Assembly (NCBI GenBank): GCA_964016885.1
Contig: OZ024743.1
Location: forward strand, 330,212,001 to 330,276,000
Length of the DNA stretch: 64,000 nt
Source of the DNA: Eledone cirrhosa
Taxonomy: Eukaryota
Reading direction: 5' to 3'
The position numbers and the translations under genes were made by a program. The notes under the pieces are model-generated. The model ran no database searches, was not told where the DNA came from, and saw only the letters and a program-made list of their open reading frames with translations. Position 1 is the first letter of the stretch. Each line of letters begins with the position of its first letter. Below are positions 25,795 through 37,701 of this stretch, in pieces.

Positions 25795-25805
25795 TATATA
25801 GAATA

Positions 25806-26442
25806 CTAACAGTGGTACCCGGCGTTGCACGGGATAAAGTATTTTGGAACGCGGGCCGCCAACAGACCTAATCGTGGAAAAACTGCATGCCTGGACAATA
25901 TTTAAGAAAATAAACCGAATACTCTGATGGCTGGATAATCCTTAAGATTTTCCTCGACGAAGCAGGAAAAATGCAGGTTTTTAACTAATGCGGATCCTAG
26001 GGGATCAAGAAAATGAATTTTTTTTATGTGCATAATATACCTTGAAATTTTGGGAAAATCGGCTAGACGTAACGGCTCAAAAAAGCCCTAAAAAGCTGAA
26101 AAAATGAAGTTTTTCACCTTATGCGGGCCCTAGGCCATAAAAAAGTTTGATTTTCTTTGCTCACGGTATGAAGAAGAGACTGACTAATACATAGTTACAA
26201 TTTCAAGGAAATCGGTCTGACGTAACGCCTCAAAAAAACCCTAAAAAGCTGAAAAAAACGCAGTTTTTCACCCAGGGCATTAAAAGTTCAATTTCTTTAT
26301 TTGCACAACACTCCCTGAAACATAAGTAATACGCATGTAAAGTTTGAAAAGAATCGGTTCGGTACTTTTCGAGTTTTAGGGATTCAAACTCACAGACACA
26401 CACACACACAAAAACAGGCATCCTCAGTTTTATATATATAGA
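25806..26442 (-). mobile_element. Non-autonomous Helitron (Lep1-like architecture)
   Basis: Minus strand starts A|TCTATATATATAAA, followed by a (GT)n tract and an AACCGATT...AAACTT motif; ends with hairpin CCCGTGCAACGCCGGG and TTAG|T; no TSD, inserted between A and T. Confidence 0.75.
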
Positions 26443-26445
26443 TAA

Positions 26446-26622
26446 CTAGGGTGTACCTGGAATATATCAGGGATATATAGAATACAGCTGGGATGTATGG
26501 AATATACCTGGGAGAGATAGAATATATCTGGGGTGTAAGGAGTATATCTGGAGTGTAAGGAGTATATCTAGAGTATATGGAATATATTTAGCATATATAG
26601 AAAACATCTTTGGTATATGGAA
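26446..26622. repeat. Degenerate 20-bp minisatellite
   Basis: Repeats of ggaatatatctggggtgtaa-like units. Confidence 0.7.
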
Positions 26623-26790
26623 TCCGAAATGATGTCATGTAAAACAGAAATCTCAGGAGTAAATGAGATAGCTTGGAAGATATGAGAGAAGATGACACAT
26701 ATGTTAACATCAAGAAATATCTATATCACGTGAATGGTGAATGTACATATAAGGATAGCAGAGGAAGGACTGTGATGATAAATTTATATA

Positions 26791-26821
<31 letters not shown>

Positions 26822-27603
26822 GTGTGTATGTGCGTATGTGTGTGTGCATGTATATATGTTTATATATATATATACATAATTTTAGTAAGTAAGTTAATTT
26901 TTATAATTTTCTTATTTTACGTCTTTCATATTATTGTTCTGCATCCCCATGCATTGAACCACAAAGTTACTAAGACAAAACCTATATATTTGCTGGCATA
27001 GGTATGCATCTGTATATATATGTTAGTAGATATACTAATTCTTTATATATATATATATATATATATAACCAGAGATTAATATGGTTCATTGATTACTCAA
27101 TGAATATAGTTTTACAATAGATTAAAAACACTCTACAGTGAAGTTTTCTGGAGTTATTAATATTATTCAAAATATTAAACATTAATAAATGAAGACATTT
27201 ACATAATCAAAATGTATGTTTTATTATATATATTTCGAAGGTACTGTGCTGTTTTTTCAGTACGTCTTCGTTAGATAAAATACATGAATTGATGTATGAC
27301 ATACCTCAACGGTCTTGATGGTTCAATATATATATATATATATATATTAATCATTTCATATGAATTGTTAACTCAACTTAACATGACACGACGTAAAGTT
27401 TTCATAATCTCCCTCTCTCTCTATATAACATTTCTCTCTCTTGAGTTTTTCTATCTGTCTGTTGACCTAATATCTCTCTGTTGCTTTCCTCTGTTTTTCT
27501 TATGTCTTCCTTTTTTCTTCTTTCTTCCTTTCCTCCTGTCTTTACTTATCTCTTTCTTTTTTCTCCATGCATCTCTTTCTCTCTCTCCGATATTTCTCCA
27601 CGT

Positions 27604-27681
27604 TTTTTCTTTCTCTCCGTCTTTTTCTTTCTCTCCGTCTTTTTCTTTCTCTCCGTCTTTTTCTTTCTCTCCGTCTTTTTC
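27604..27681. repeat. 18-bp minisatellite (~4 copies)
   Basis: tttttctttctctccgtc repeated. Confidence 0.85.
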
Positions 27682-27809
27682 TAATTGTCCTTAATACTAT
27701 GACTTATTAAAATGATATAAACAATTCACTATCCGAATGACTTCCAAAAACAATGGTTGCATTTTAATAGGGTACGTCAAAGCTTATTTGTAAAACTGTT
27801 ATATATTGT

Positions 27810-27872
27810 ATTTTGTCTGATGAAGGCATACCATAATTTAATTTGGTACCCCTGAAATATGTATAATGAAAT
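27810..27872 (+). ncRNA. Minimal type I hammerhead ribozyme (Penelope-type)
   Basis: attttgt-CTGATGA-AGGcaTACCA...TGGTAccCCT-GAAA-T(atgt)ATA-atgaaat, followed by AATAAA. Confidence 0.65.
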
Positions 27873-27912
27873 AAATATGGTTTTATAAATATAGTTCCCA
27901 TTTATTAATATC

Positions 27913-27969
<57 letters not shown>

Positions 27970-28387
27970 TGTATTTATATACATATCCACCACCACCACC
28001 ACAAAACACAACTCCATACTTCATCAACACCGACAAAACATACCTCCACTCCCCAACCAACAATAGTGTGTGTGTCTGTGTGTAAGTATTTTACTCATAC
28101 GGGCGTCTTAAGTGTGCGTGCGTGTACGCAAATTTATCTCTATGTGTGTGTGTGTGTATGTGGACACATGTGTATGCATATGTCTATGTGTGTGTATATA
28201 TATATCTGTATATATATGTGTGTATGTGTATGCATATGTGTGTGTGTGTATATATGTATGTGTATGTATGTGTGTGTATGTGTACGTCTGCATGTATGTA
28301 TATGGGTAAATCTGACTGTATGTGTAGGTGAGCTCATATATGTGCATGTATGTGTATATGTGCGTGTATGTGTGTGTTGTCGGTACA

Positions 28388-28430
<43 letters not shown>

Positions 28431-29507
28431 ATATATATGTGTGAGTATACGTGTGTGCGAGTGTGTATGTGTATATCTTGCATACATGAGTGTGAGTCCA
28501 TGTACCCATACCCATGTGTATATATGTGTATGTATATATGTAAAACACCTTCTACATCGCCTCTCACCTTCCCCCTATCTCTGTCGTTCGCCACCCCCAC
28601 CGATACTCCCCCACTCTCCATATTCGTGTCCGCATGCGCGCATGCACATACATGTGTGTACATATACATATGGCTGTGTGTGAGCGTATGCCGATATGTG
28701 TGGGCAAGTATGTGCGTATGTGTTTTATGTTGTGTGTGTTTATACAACAATATATGTGCACATATATGCATATATGTGTGTACGTATACGTATATACAAG
28801 GTATCTGTCAGACGAAGAGCGTCTAACTATGTATCTATGTAAGGATCTGACGCCACCAATACATCCACCACACCACCACAAACGCCGCTACCATAGACAA
28901 AGCACCACTACCACACCCCCACCCCCACGCCAACCCTTCTACTGACAATCCACTAATCTCATACCACAGCCCATCTCACTAAATAACCTTAACCACCACC
29001 ATATCATCACATCCACCCCCACATACTCTACACGCCAAGGCCAACCCACCACCACCACACCACAGCCCACCTCATCCACAGACCGTCACCAACATCTCAC
29101 CATCACACAACCCCCATATACACTACAGGCCAGTACATCTCCTTGATCCTTCTCACCAATCAAAACATCTCATTTTGTCAAACTCTTGAAACTCTGACTT
29201 TACCACATAGCATGTATTTCATTTTCTTATAGCATTTTAAGAGGGTCCGTCGAGCTGCCGATTATTGAGTCGGGTAGGATCGATATAGATCGAACCTTGA
29301 GCTGATCAGTGGCGAAACGCGCGTCACCTATCAATAAATGCAATGAAGGAATAATCAATCGTCCTTTTTATCCTTTCTATATTTTACACTCTGTATAGCT
29401 CTACACATCATCACAGAAGTGAACCTAAACATCGAGTGCTCACCCGGGTGAACTTGCAGTAACTCCTAGTTACACCCACTGGATGTCTATATATATATAT
29501 ATGTCTA

Positions 29508-29638
<131 letters not shown>

Positions 29639-30094
29639 CTATATTTATATACATATACATGTATATACATGTATATATATTTGTATATATACAAATATAT
29701 GTATATATATATATAGTTCTGATCTAGCTGTCGAAACGGCTGGAGCTCAGCCGTCGGGGTCCTGGCTATTTTCCTATTATCCACTTTACTACCGAAGTAT
29801 TGAGTACTCTGGTGCATTATGGTCCACCTGGTACCATACCACACCCTCTTTGTTTTTATGTATACATATCTATCTATCTATCTATCTATCTTGATAGAGT
29901 AAGACACGCTTCGCATCGGCTCCGCTATTCCATCGGGATTTACCCTTACTATTGTAAGTACCGGATAAATTTTTTAGTGCAACACATTTGGAACACTAAC
30001 CCCTGTTATTTAGGGAAACATTTTTGCATTTACCCCCTTTTTTAGGGGGTAAAATAAATATCTATTTTTGCCGAAAAATTTCTTTCTTGGCAGC

Positions 30095-31931
30095 ATGGCG
30101 GAAAAGATGGCAGACATGTCTGCCATTAGCTCTGCCACGCCCCCCAAGTCTGAAGAACAAAAAATAATTACAACAAAATTAGACATTGAAACAAACAAAC
30201 AAAATGAAAAAACAAATGTTAAGGAAAATGAGCAAACAGAAAACAAACAAACAGAAAATAATACAAATAACGACAGGGCAACTTTCGCCCAGAAAACAAA
30301 ACAATCCATTACATACACACCAATTGACCTAACTGCCGCCAGAGAAAAACTGGCCGAAGCAAAGAAACACATTGTTTTGGGGGAGAACGGAATGTTTTCC
30401 ATTAACTCCCCCCCAGAATTCAAGAAAGCCAGAGCAGAAAACACAGTTCTCTACAGAACTATACTGAACCAGACAAGAAAGCCAGCACAGCCCAGCCAAA
30501 TGGAAATAGAGTTAGTCCTAAAAGACTATATGAAGAATATTCTCTTCATACGAAAGGACCGACTCTATGGCAGCATTTCGGTCCTAACAAGAGACAAAGA
30601 AACGGCGGAGAAGCTTTCCCTAAGCCCACTCTCGTCGACAACATATAGCTTCTATCCCTCCTACATGGGTAGAAGAACACAGAGAGTAAAAGTAAAAACA
30701 ATGCTGCCCACAATGGACTTCTGGTGGGCTATTGCTGGCTTCATTGATATGGGCGAAGACACAATGCTGTCAATGGGGAAGGCAACTGGAGATGCGTTCC
30801 TGGGAATGGGGCTCGACATACTAGTCCAAATGAGGCCCGAAAGAATAGCACAAATCCCGGATCGCATCTGGCTAGATGACCTTACCCCAATAGACATAAT
30901 TGTAGAGGGGAGAAGACCAGCATGCTATTTATGCATGGAAAGGGGACACGTTAAGGCTAACTGCCCGAAACGTATCCCCCAAAAAGGACTATTGCCCACA
31001 CCCACCACAAACAGTACACCAACACCACCCACCTCCAAAAATACACTAATACCACGCACAGCAATCAAAATACAGACACCACCAACCACAAACACAACAC
31101 AAACATCACCACCACCAGCACCAAACACAAGCACAACACAAAAATCACCACCACCAACCACAACACAAACATCACCACCACCATCACCAACCACAAGCAC
31201 GACACAAACATTACCACCACCACCACAAAACCCATTCCAAACAAATAATAAAAAAAACAGTAACAAATCTACCCCTCCCGCAAAAAAACAACAACCACAC
31301 AACACATCCCTTCCACCTAGCGCTGAAGAGTTTCCCCCAACTTCTGAAGAAGAAGGAGGAGAAGCCTTCAGACAAGTTAAAAGAAAAAAAAGAAAACACA
31401 CACCCAGCACACCACAAATAACCCACACACAAACACCAACTCCAATCAAAAACACCCCACCCTCAACAAACAAAAATAAATCTGCGCCTCCCCTCTCCGA
31501 AACATTGACAGCATCACAAAAAAAGACGTTGCAATACACATATATAAATAAAGAAAACAAAAAACTGGTTAAATTAATAAACAATAACCCTATGGTGCAG
31601 ACCGAAGGGCCAAACTTTATCTCAACAGAGAACTTCACCCATTTAAAAATGATAAAGGTCCCTCTGGACCTTTATCGTTCCTTAAAAGAACAATTTAGAC
31701 GGGACGTGAGCCCCCCCCCCCTGTTTAAAACCGTTGAATCGCGTCCTCTTGAAAGATTTCCCCATAACCGCCCCTCTCCCTGACACAATTTCAAATACCC
31801 CAACCCCACCACACACGTGTACCCCCACACCACCACAAAACATCCCTCCACCCAACACACCTGATGCCATGGAAATTACGCAACCCGGAGAGGTAAGTGC
31901 TTTTCTTTCTTCACTTTCAACACCAAAATAG
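30095..31931 (+). CDS. Tx1 ORF1p (CX2CX4HX4C knuckle, Pro/Thr-rich region, KRKKRKH); probable 1-nt frameshift in the C run at ~31710
   Basis: CYLCMERGHVKANC; the C-terminus in frame 31734-31931 (NRVLLK...MEI.QP) aligns with ORF1 of copy 5. Confidence 0.85.
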
Positions 31932-31936
31932 ATCAA

Positions 31937-34900
31937 TTGAGAGTTGGCTGTTTGAACGCGCGTGGCCTGGGCTCAGCTTGGAAGCAAGCAAAGCTTCTAA
32001 GTGACCTCAGGTCACAAAGTATAGATGTGATGGTTGTTTGCGAGAGTCGGATCAGCAGCGTGAGACAGCTGGCGCCCGCCTTCGATGACTTTGAGATGCA
32101 CGCATCTCTCTGTCAACCCGGAGGCGGGGGGGGGGGGTTGCCGTACTGCTGGATAAACGTCTGACTCTCGACGTACAGATTGTTCACTCGGACCCGGGGG
32201 GTCGATTACTGGTGCTGGACGTCGGAGGCGGTGAAGGCGGGGCTTTCAGACTGGTCGGTCTTTATGCTCCCTTCGGGGCGGAAAGAGCCGACTTCTTCCA
32301 GCGTCTGGAGACTTTTCTAGGAACGTCGCGTTCCCTGCTTTTAGTGGGGGACTGGAATGGAATCCTAGATGCGCGTTGGGACTATGCAGGGGCATGTCCC
32401 GATAGAGGGGGGTGTAGCAGCCTCAAGGGGTTACTCGATCGATTCGACCTGGTCGATAGATTTCGACTAGATTGTCCAACTGCGCCAACCTGGACCTGGG
32501 CAAACCGCAGTGGACAATCTAGATCGTACCTAGATAGGTTTTTGGTTAGGAGTAAGGATAGGGACGTATTTAGTTGTCCAGAACTGATCATGGTTGGCTA
32601 TTCAGATCACAAATTAGTGACCTGCGTGGTCAACCTTGATAGAACGCATAGACAGGGTCCCGGTTACTGGAAGATGAACTTGTCCTTACCGACAAAGAAA
32701 GATTACAGAAACCGGATTAGTAGCTTAGTTAAGATGCGGTTGACGGGAGCGATCGTCAACAGTAGGTGGTGGATATCTCTAAAGAGAGAGATTAGAGTAA
32801 GTTCGATAGGTTACAGTAAGGAACTAGCGGCGAATAGAAATCGGAGGGAAAGGGAGTTAACAGATAAACTAGAAGAGGCGATTAGGAGCGGAGACGTAGC
32901 CAGAGTGTTAGCGACGAGAACGGCATTGAGCCAGTTCTTTGACGCGAAGCACGAAGGCTGCGTTGTCCGAAGTAAAATACGTGCTTTAGGAAACGAGGGG
33001 ACCAAAGCTGTTAGCTGGGCCCGCGTGACAGAAGCCAAGAGTGGGATTAAATCCACCATTCGGTCTTTGCGAGACCAGGATGGACGGGTGATCCTTGAAC
33101 CTGAGCGAATGTGCGAGACCTTTCAAAGGCACTTTGCTCGACTGTTCGGAGGTGGCGGGGGGCCGGACGGGGATGTGGACTTCGGTCCATACCTCGACGG
33201 TCTACCGCGTCTTTCGAGCGGCGAAGCGGAGTGCTGCGAAAGGCCAATCACAGCCACTGAAATCGGGGAAGCGCTCAGCCAATGCAGCAGACGCAAATCC
33301 CCGGGTCTCGATGGTCTACCATACGAACTTTATTTAGCTATGCCGGTCTTGTTCTCCGAACTCCTCGAGGCTGTCTATTGCAACTGGCAACAGAACGGGA
33401 GAATTCCCTGTTCTGTGACCAAGGGCGTGGTCACGCTAGTGAGGAAGGACGAGAGCAAGGGGGACGACTTAAGTAACTTTAGGCCCATAACTCTGCTGAA
33501 TGCAGAGTTACAGATTTTGGCCAAGGTGTTGGCGAAGAGGTTGGCGCTTGTGGTGGGTGGTTTGGTGGGAGACGCGCAGACATGCGCTATCCCGTCCAGG
33601 TCCATTCACGACAACCTCCACCTCATGCGATACATCATAGAGAGGGTTGGCTACGAACCCGGCTTTGGTGGGGCCCTGATCAACTTGGATCAATCTAAGG
33701 CGTTCGATAGGGTCGACCATGGTTACCTGGATGCGGTGCTAGCGGCGGCGGGCTTCGGACCCGTTTTCAGGGGCTGGATTTCTGCCACGCACAGTGGCAA
33801 CATCTACTCTAGGATTAAAGTAAACGGCTACCTCTCGGAGCCGTTTCAAATCACCCGATCCATCAGACAGGGGTGCCCCCTCTCCTCCCTTCTGTACGTA
33901 TTGACTCTCGAGCCACTGCTGCGGAAGTTGGAGTTGCTGCGGGGCATACCCCTGGAACCGGGATTGCACAAAGCGGTCTCGGCCTATGCCGACGACGTAA
34001 CAGTAATGGTGGCGGACGCCTCGGAAATCGGGGCGATCGCCACCCTACTGGAGGAATACGAAAGGCTGACGGGGGCTAAGCTGAACCAGGACAAGTCAGT
34101 CGGTTTGCAACTCGGAACGTGGAGGGGCAAACCGATGCCGTTAGACGGTGTCGTCGGGCGGTGGACGGAGGGCCCGGTGAAGCTGCTCGGGGTCTGGTTC
34201 GGACCGGACCTCCAGGTGGAGAAGAATTGGGGCGAGGTGACGAGCAGGGTGTTTGCGCTGACCCAGAAGTGGGCCAAGTGCAAACTATCACTGAAAGGTG
34301 GGGCGGAGGTGACGAACGCTTACATAGCGTCCGTCATCTACTACCGCCTGACCGTCGTGCCTTGCCCCAAGGAAAAGCTCACCATCATGGAACGCATGCT
34401 CTTCCAGTTCCTCTGGAAGAAGCGGCCTCCCATGGTGAGGAGATCCATCTGCTGCCAGCACCCTTCGAAAGGAGGGCTGGGTATGCCGTGGCTGTTGATG
34501 CGTAGGCACGCATTGAGGCTACGGCATCTACAGGTATTCCTCAACGGTCAGCCGGTGTGGGCCCCGTTTGTGAGGCGAGCCTTCCCACAGCTCGTCTCGC
34601 TCACCGAACTGCAATCCTGGGTGAAGCAAAGACCGAGAAAACTGGGCAACTGGCACACCGAGTGTGCCCAGGCGCTCACGGCTATCTGGCAAGCGGACCC
34701 GACTGTCAGTGGAGAATCCACCTCGACATTCTATAGAGGGTTGGTGGCTAGCAGGGGCGACGACACCCTTGGAGAGTCGCTAGGCATGGAGGAGGACGAA
34801 CTGGCCAGCCTGTTCGGTAGAACTTTCGGCCCGGGACCCATGGACAACTTCCAGAGGTCCCTAGCCTGGCAGTGTTACCGGGGGGCTCTGCCCGTTCGAG

Positions 34901-35367
34901 AAAAGCTCTACAGACACGGGCGCCCGGGCAGGGATCCCGCGAAAAAGATCTGTCCCAGATGCGTGCGCGACGAGGAAACCGTTGCGCATGCACTGGTACA
35001 CTGCCCGGGCGTTGCCGATCTGTGGGGCTACGTCGAACGACTGCTGTCGCGTGTGGCGCCGATTCGATTAACCGCCGAGTCTGTGGTGAACATCAAGCCA
35101 CCTCCTCCCTTCAGAAATGAAGCAGAGGCGGTCTTTCTGTGCGTAATAGCCATGATGAAAGAGGTTGTGTGGTGGACGCGCCTGAAAGGTCTGAGGTCGG
35201 GTGACTTTCTCTCCGGCCATCACCTGGTTTACTTCTTCCGATACCACTTCGGAAGAAGAATCAGGATGGAGAGAGAAGTGCTTGGTCCCAGACAGTTTTA
35301 TGAAAGGTGGGTGAAAGAAGCGAGAATGGCCCGTGTAAATGGGCCTTCTCTCTACATTGTTCTGTAG
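31937..35367 (+). CDS. Tx1 ORF2p (APE, RT, CCHC); single frameshift in the G run at ~32126-32137; canonical ATG missing
   Basis: Motifs CLNARGL, GDWN, SYLDR, SDH, QGCPLS, YADD and CPRC...HALVHC. Confidence 0.93.
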
Positions 35368-35597
35368 GTGAAGAAGTGAAGAGGAAAGGGGGAGCGCCTC
35401 CTCTCTGGGCTTCCCCCGCGAAAAGAGTTGCACACTTTTCGGGGGTATGTGCAATCCCCAACACGCCCCCTCCCTTTTGAGGACTTTTTATTGTTATATT
35501 ATTATTGTTATTCCTTTTTTCTTTACTCGATTTATGTAAACTCCCCACTGTGTAAATGTCCCCTTCTTTTGTGCCCTCGTGGCAAATAAATAGAAAT

Positions 35598-35679
<82 letters not shown>
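35598..35679. repeat. (TATC)n microsatellite joining Tx1 copies 4 and 5
   Basis: About 20 TATC units. Confidence 0.95.
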
Positions 35680-35890
35680 CTGGGATGGACACACGCGTAT
35701 AACTTGCTGAGTAAGTTCTGTTTAAATTTCTATAGAAATTCTTGTCTGATAACTTTAATTTTTGTACCATTTTGTAGAGGGACTGCCAGGTCAAACTTTG
35801 ATCTGGTCAGTCTCTCAAAATATTCTACGCCTTTAGGCGAAATAGTTAAAAAAAAAGTTTTTTCTTGTTGAAAAGTCAATATTTTTTTAA

Positions 35891-37677
35891 ATGGCCGAAG
35901 CTTCTTCACCAAAATTCGAAGGAGGAAAGGGGAAGATGAACTTACAGCTTCCCCCTGCCACTGTCACAGTAGCAGAGGTCAAGAAGATAGGTCAGCCAGA
36001 GGAAGAATTCTCTCCACCTGTTAACCGACAACTTGACGTTGCCATGGCAACAACCCAAAGAACCAGCAGCAACAGCAACAACAACAACAATGCGACGGAC
36101 GAAAACAACACCAATAACAATAACAATAACAACAACAAGACCAATAACGGTGACAACAACAACAATGATAACAACAACACCACCAACGACAACAACAACA
36201 CAAACAAACAAAATTTCTCCTTCGCCGAGACGACAAGGAAAACCCTCGACTATCTGCCAGTAGATATAACAAAAGCGAAGGAGCTACTGGCGGATGCGAA
36301 AAAATATATAGTGTACGGGGAAAATGGTTCATTCACATCCATTCCCCCCCGGAACTAAAAAGCCAGAGACTCCTAAACACGGTCATGTTTAGGACAATCT
36401 CGAACAAAAGTAAAAAACCAGCTCAACCATCACAGAGCGAGATAGAGCTGGTTTTAAAAGACGTCATGAAGGACATCACCTTCATTCAGAAGGATAGACT
36501 CTACGGGAGTCTATCCATTCTCGTGAAGGACAGGGACACAGCAGTGAAACTGTCCATCAAACCAATCACATCCACCGCATACACCTTCTACCCTACGTAC
36601 ATGGGTAGAAGAACACAAAAAATAAAAATCCACACCATCCTGCCGATTATGGACATATGGTGGGTTTTGACAGGTTTTCTGGACCTGGAGGATGACATGC
36701 TGGTGTCCATGGGAAAGGCATCGGGTGACGCGTTCAGTGGAACGAGCCTCGAACTTGTAGTTCAAATGAGGCCCGAAAGGATCGCCCAGATCCCTGAACG
36801 CGTCATACTGGATGATCTAACCTTCATCAACATTACCGTTGAGGGTAGACGGCCCTCGTGTTACCTCTGCGGAACCAGAGGTCACCTGAGGGCTGTCTGT
36901 CCCCAACTTAATAAGAAAACCCCAATCCTGCCTACACCACCAACAACTGCACAACCAACACAATTACCACAACTACCACTACAAAAACAACCACCACAGC
37001 TCAAACCAAAACAAAACAATGTCCAACCCATCCCCTCCACTCAAAAAACAAAAACAATTTCCAAAACACCCGTACCGCAAACACAACCCGAAAATATACC
37101 CCTCCCCTCCAACGCGGAAGATGACCCTAGTTCGTCGTCAGACGAGGAGGAGCACTTCCACACAATCAAAAGAAAAAAAAGAAAACACACCTCAGACACA
37201 CAAATGAAAAAAACCCCTCCCCAAAACATAACACTGACACCAACACAAAAGAGCTCACAACAGCAAACAAAAAACACCACACAAAAACAAAAACATGCAT
37301 ACACATACATAAATACAAGAAACAAAAAACTGTTAAACATTGTGTACAACAACAATCTAATAAAAACACAAGGGCCTAACTTCACCCAGGCAGGGGATTT
37401 CCCCCACCTCAAAATGATTAAGGCCCCACAGGACACCTATAAAACTTTAAAAAACAATTTTAAAGAGGACGTGGGTCCCCCCTGCGTCGGGCCCATTAAC
37501 CGCGTCCTCCTAAAAAACTATCCCACCCCCTCCCCAAACACCCTCACAACTCCAAGCTCCCCAACCACACAACACACTGATGCCCCCACACTTCCACAAA
37601 CCACCACCCCACCCAACAACCCATCCCCCACCCTAATGGAAATTGTGCAGCCCGATACCCGGGACGCAGAGAGGTAA
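35891..37677 (+). pseudogene. Tx1 ORF1 of copy 5 (one frameshift near 36350)
   Basis: Asn-rich N-terminus, CYLCGTRGHLRAVC knuckle; homologous to ORF1 of copy 4. Confidence 0.88.
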
Positions 37678-37701
37678 GTGCCTTTTCTCTTCACCACCAA
37701 C

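Larger units (their letters stand above)
29891..35598 (+). mobile_element. Tx1 copy 4 (TATC group), full-length and nearly intact
   Basis: (TATC)n on both sides; ORF1 of 571 aa and main ORF2 frame of 1051 aa; AATAAA at 35584. Confidence 0.96.

Noticed and set aside
28066-28945. Long Cys/Val/Tyr/His-rich ORFs (also near 18332, 29470, 40577, 42430 and 44310)
   Set aside because: These are translations of (TA)n/(CA)n/(TG)n microsatellites, which lack stop codons by composition.
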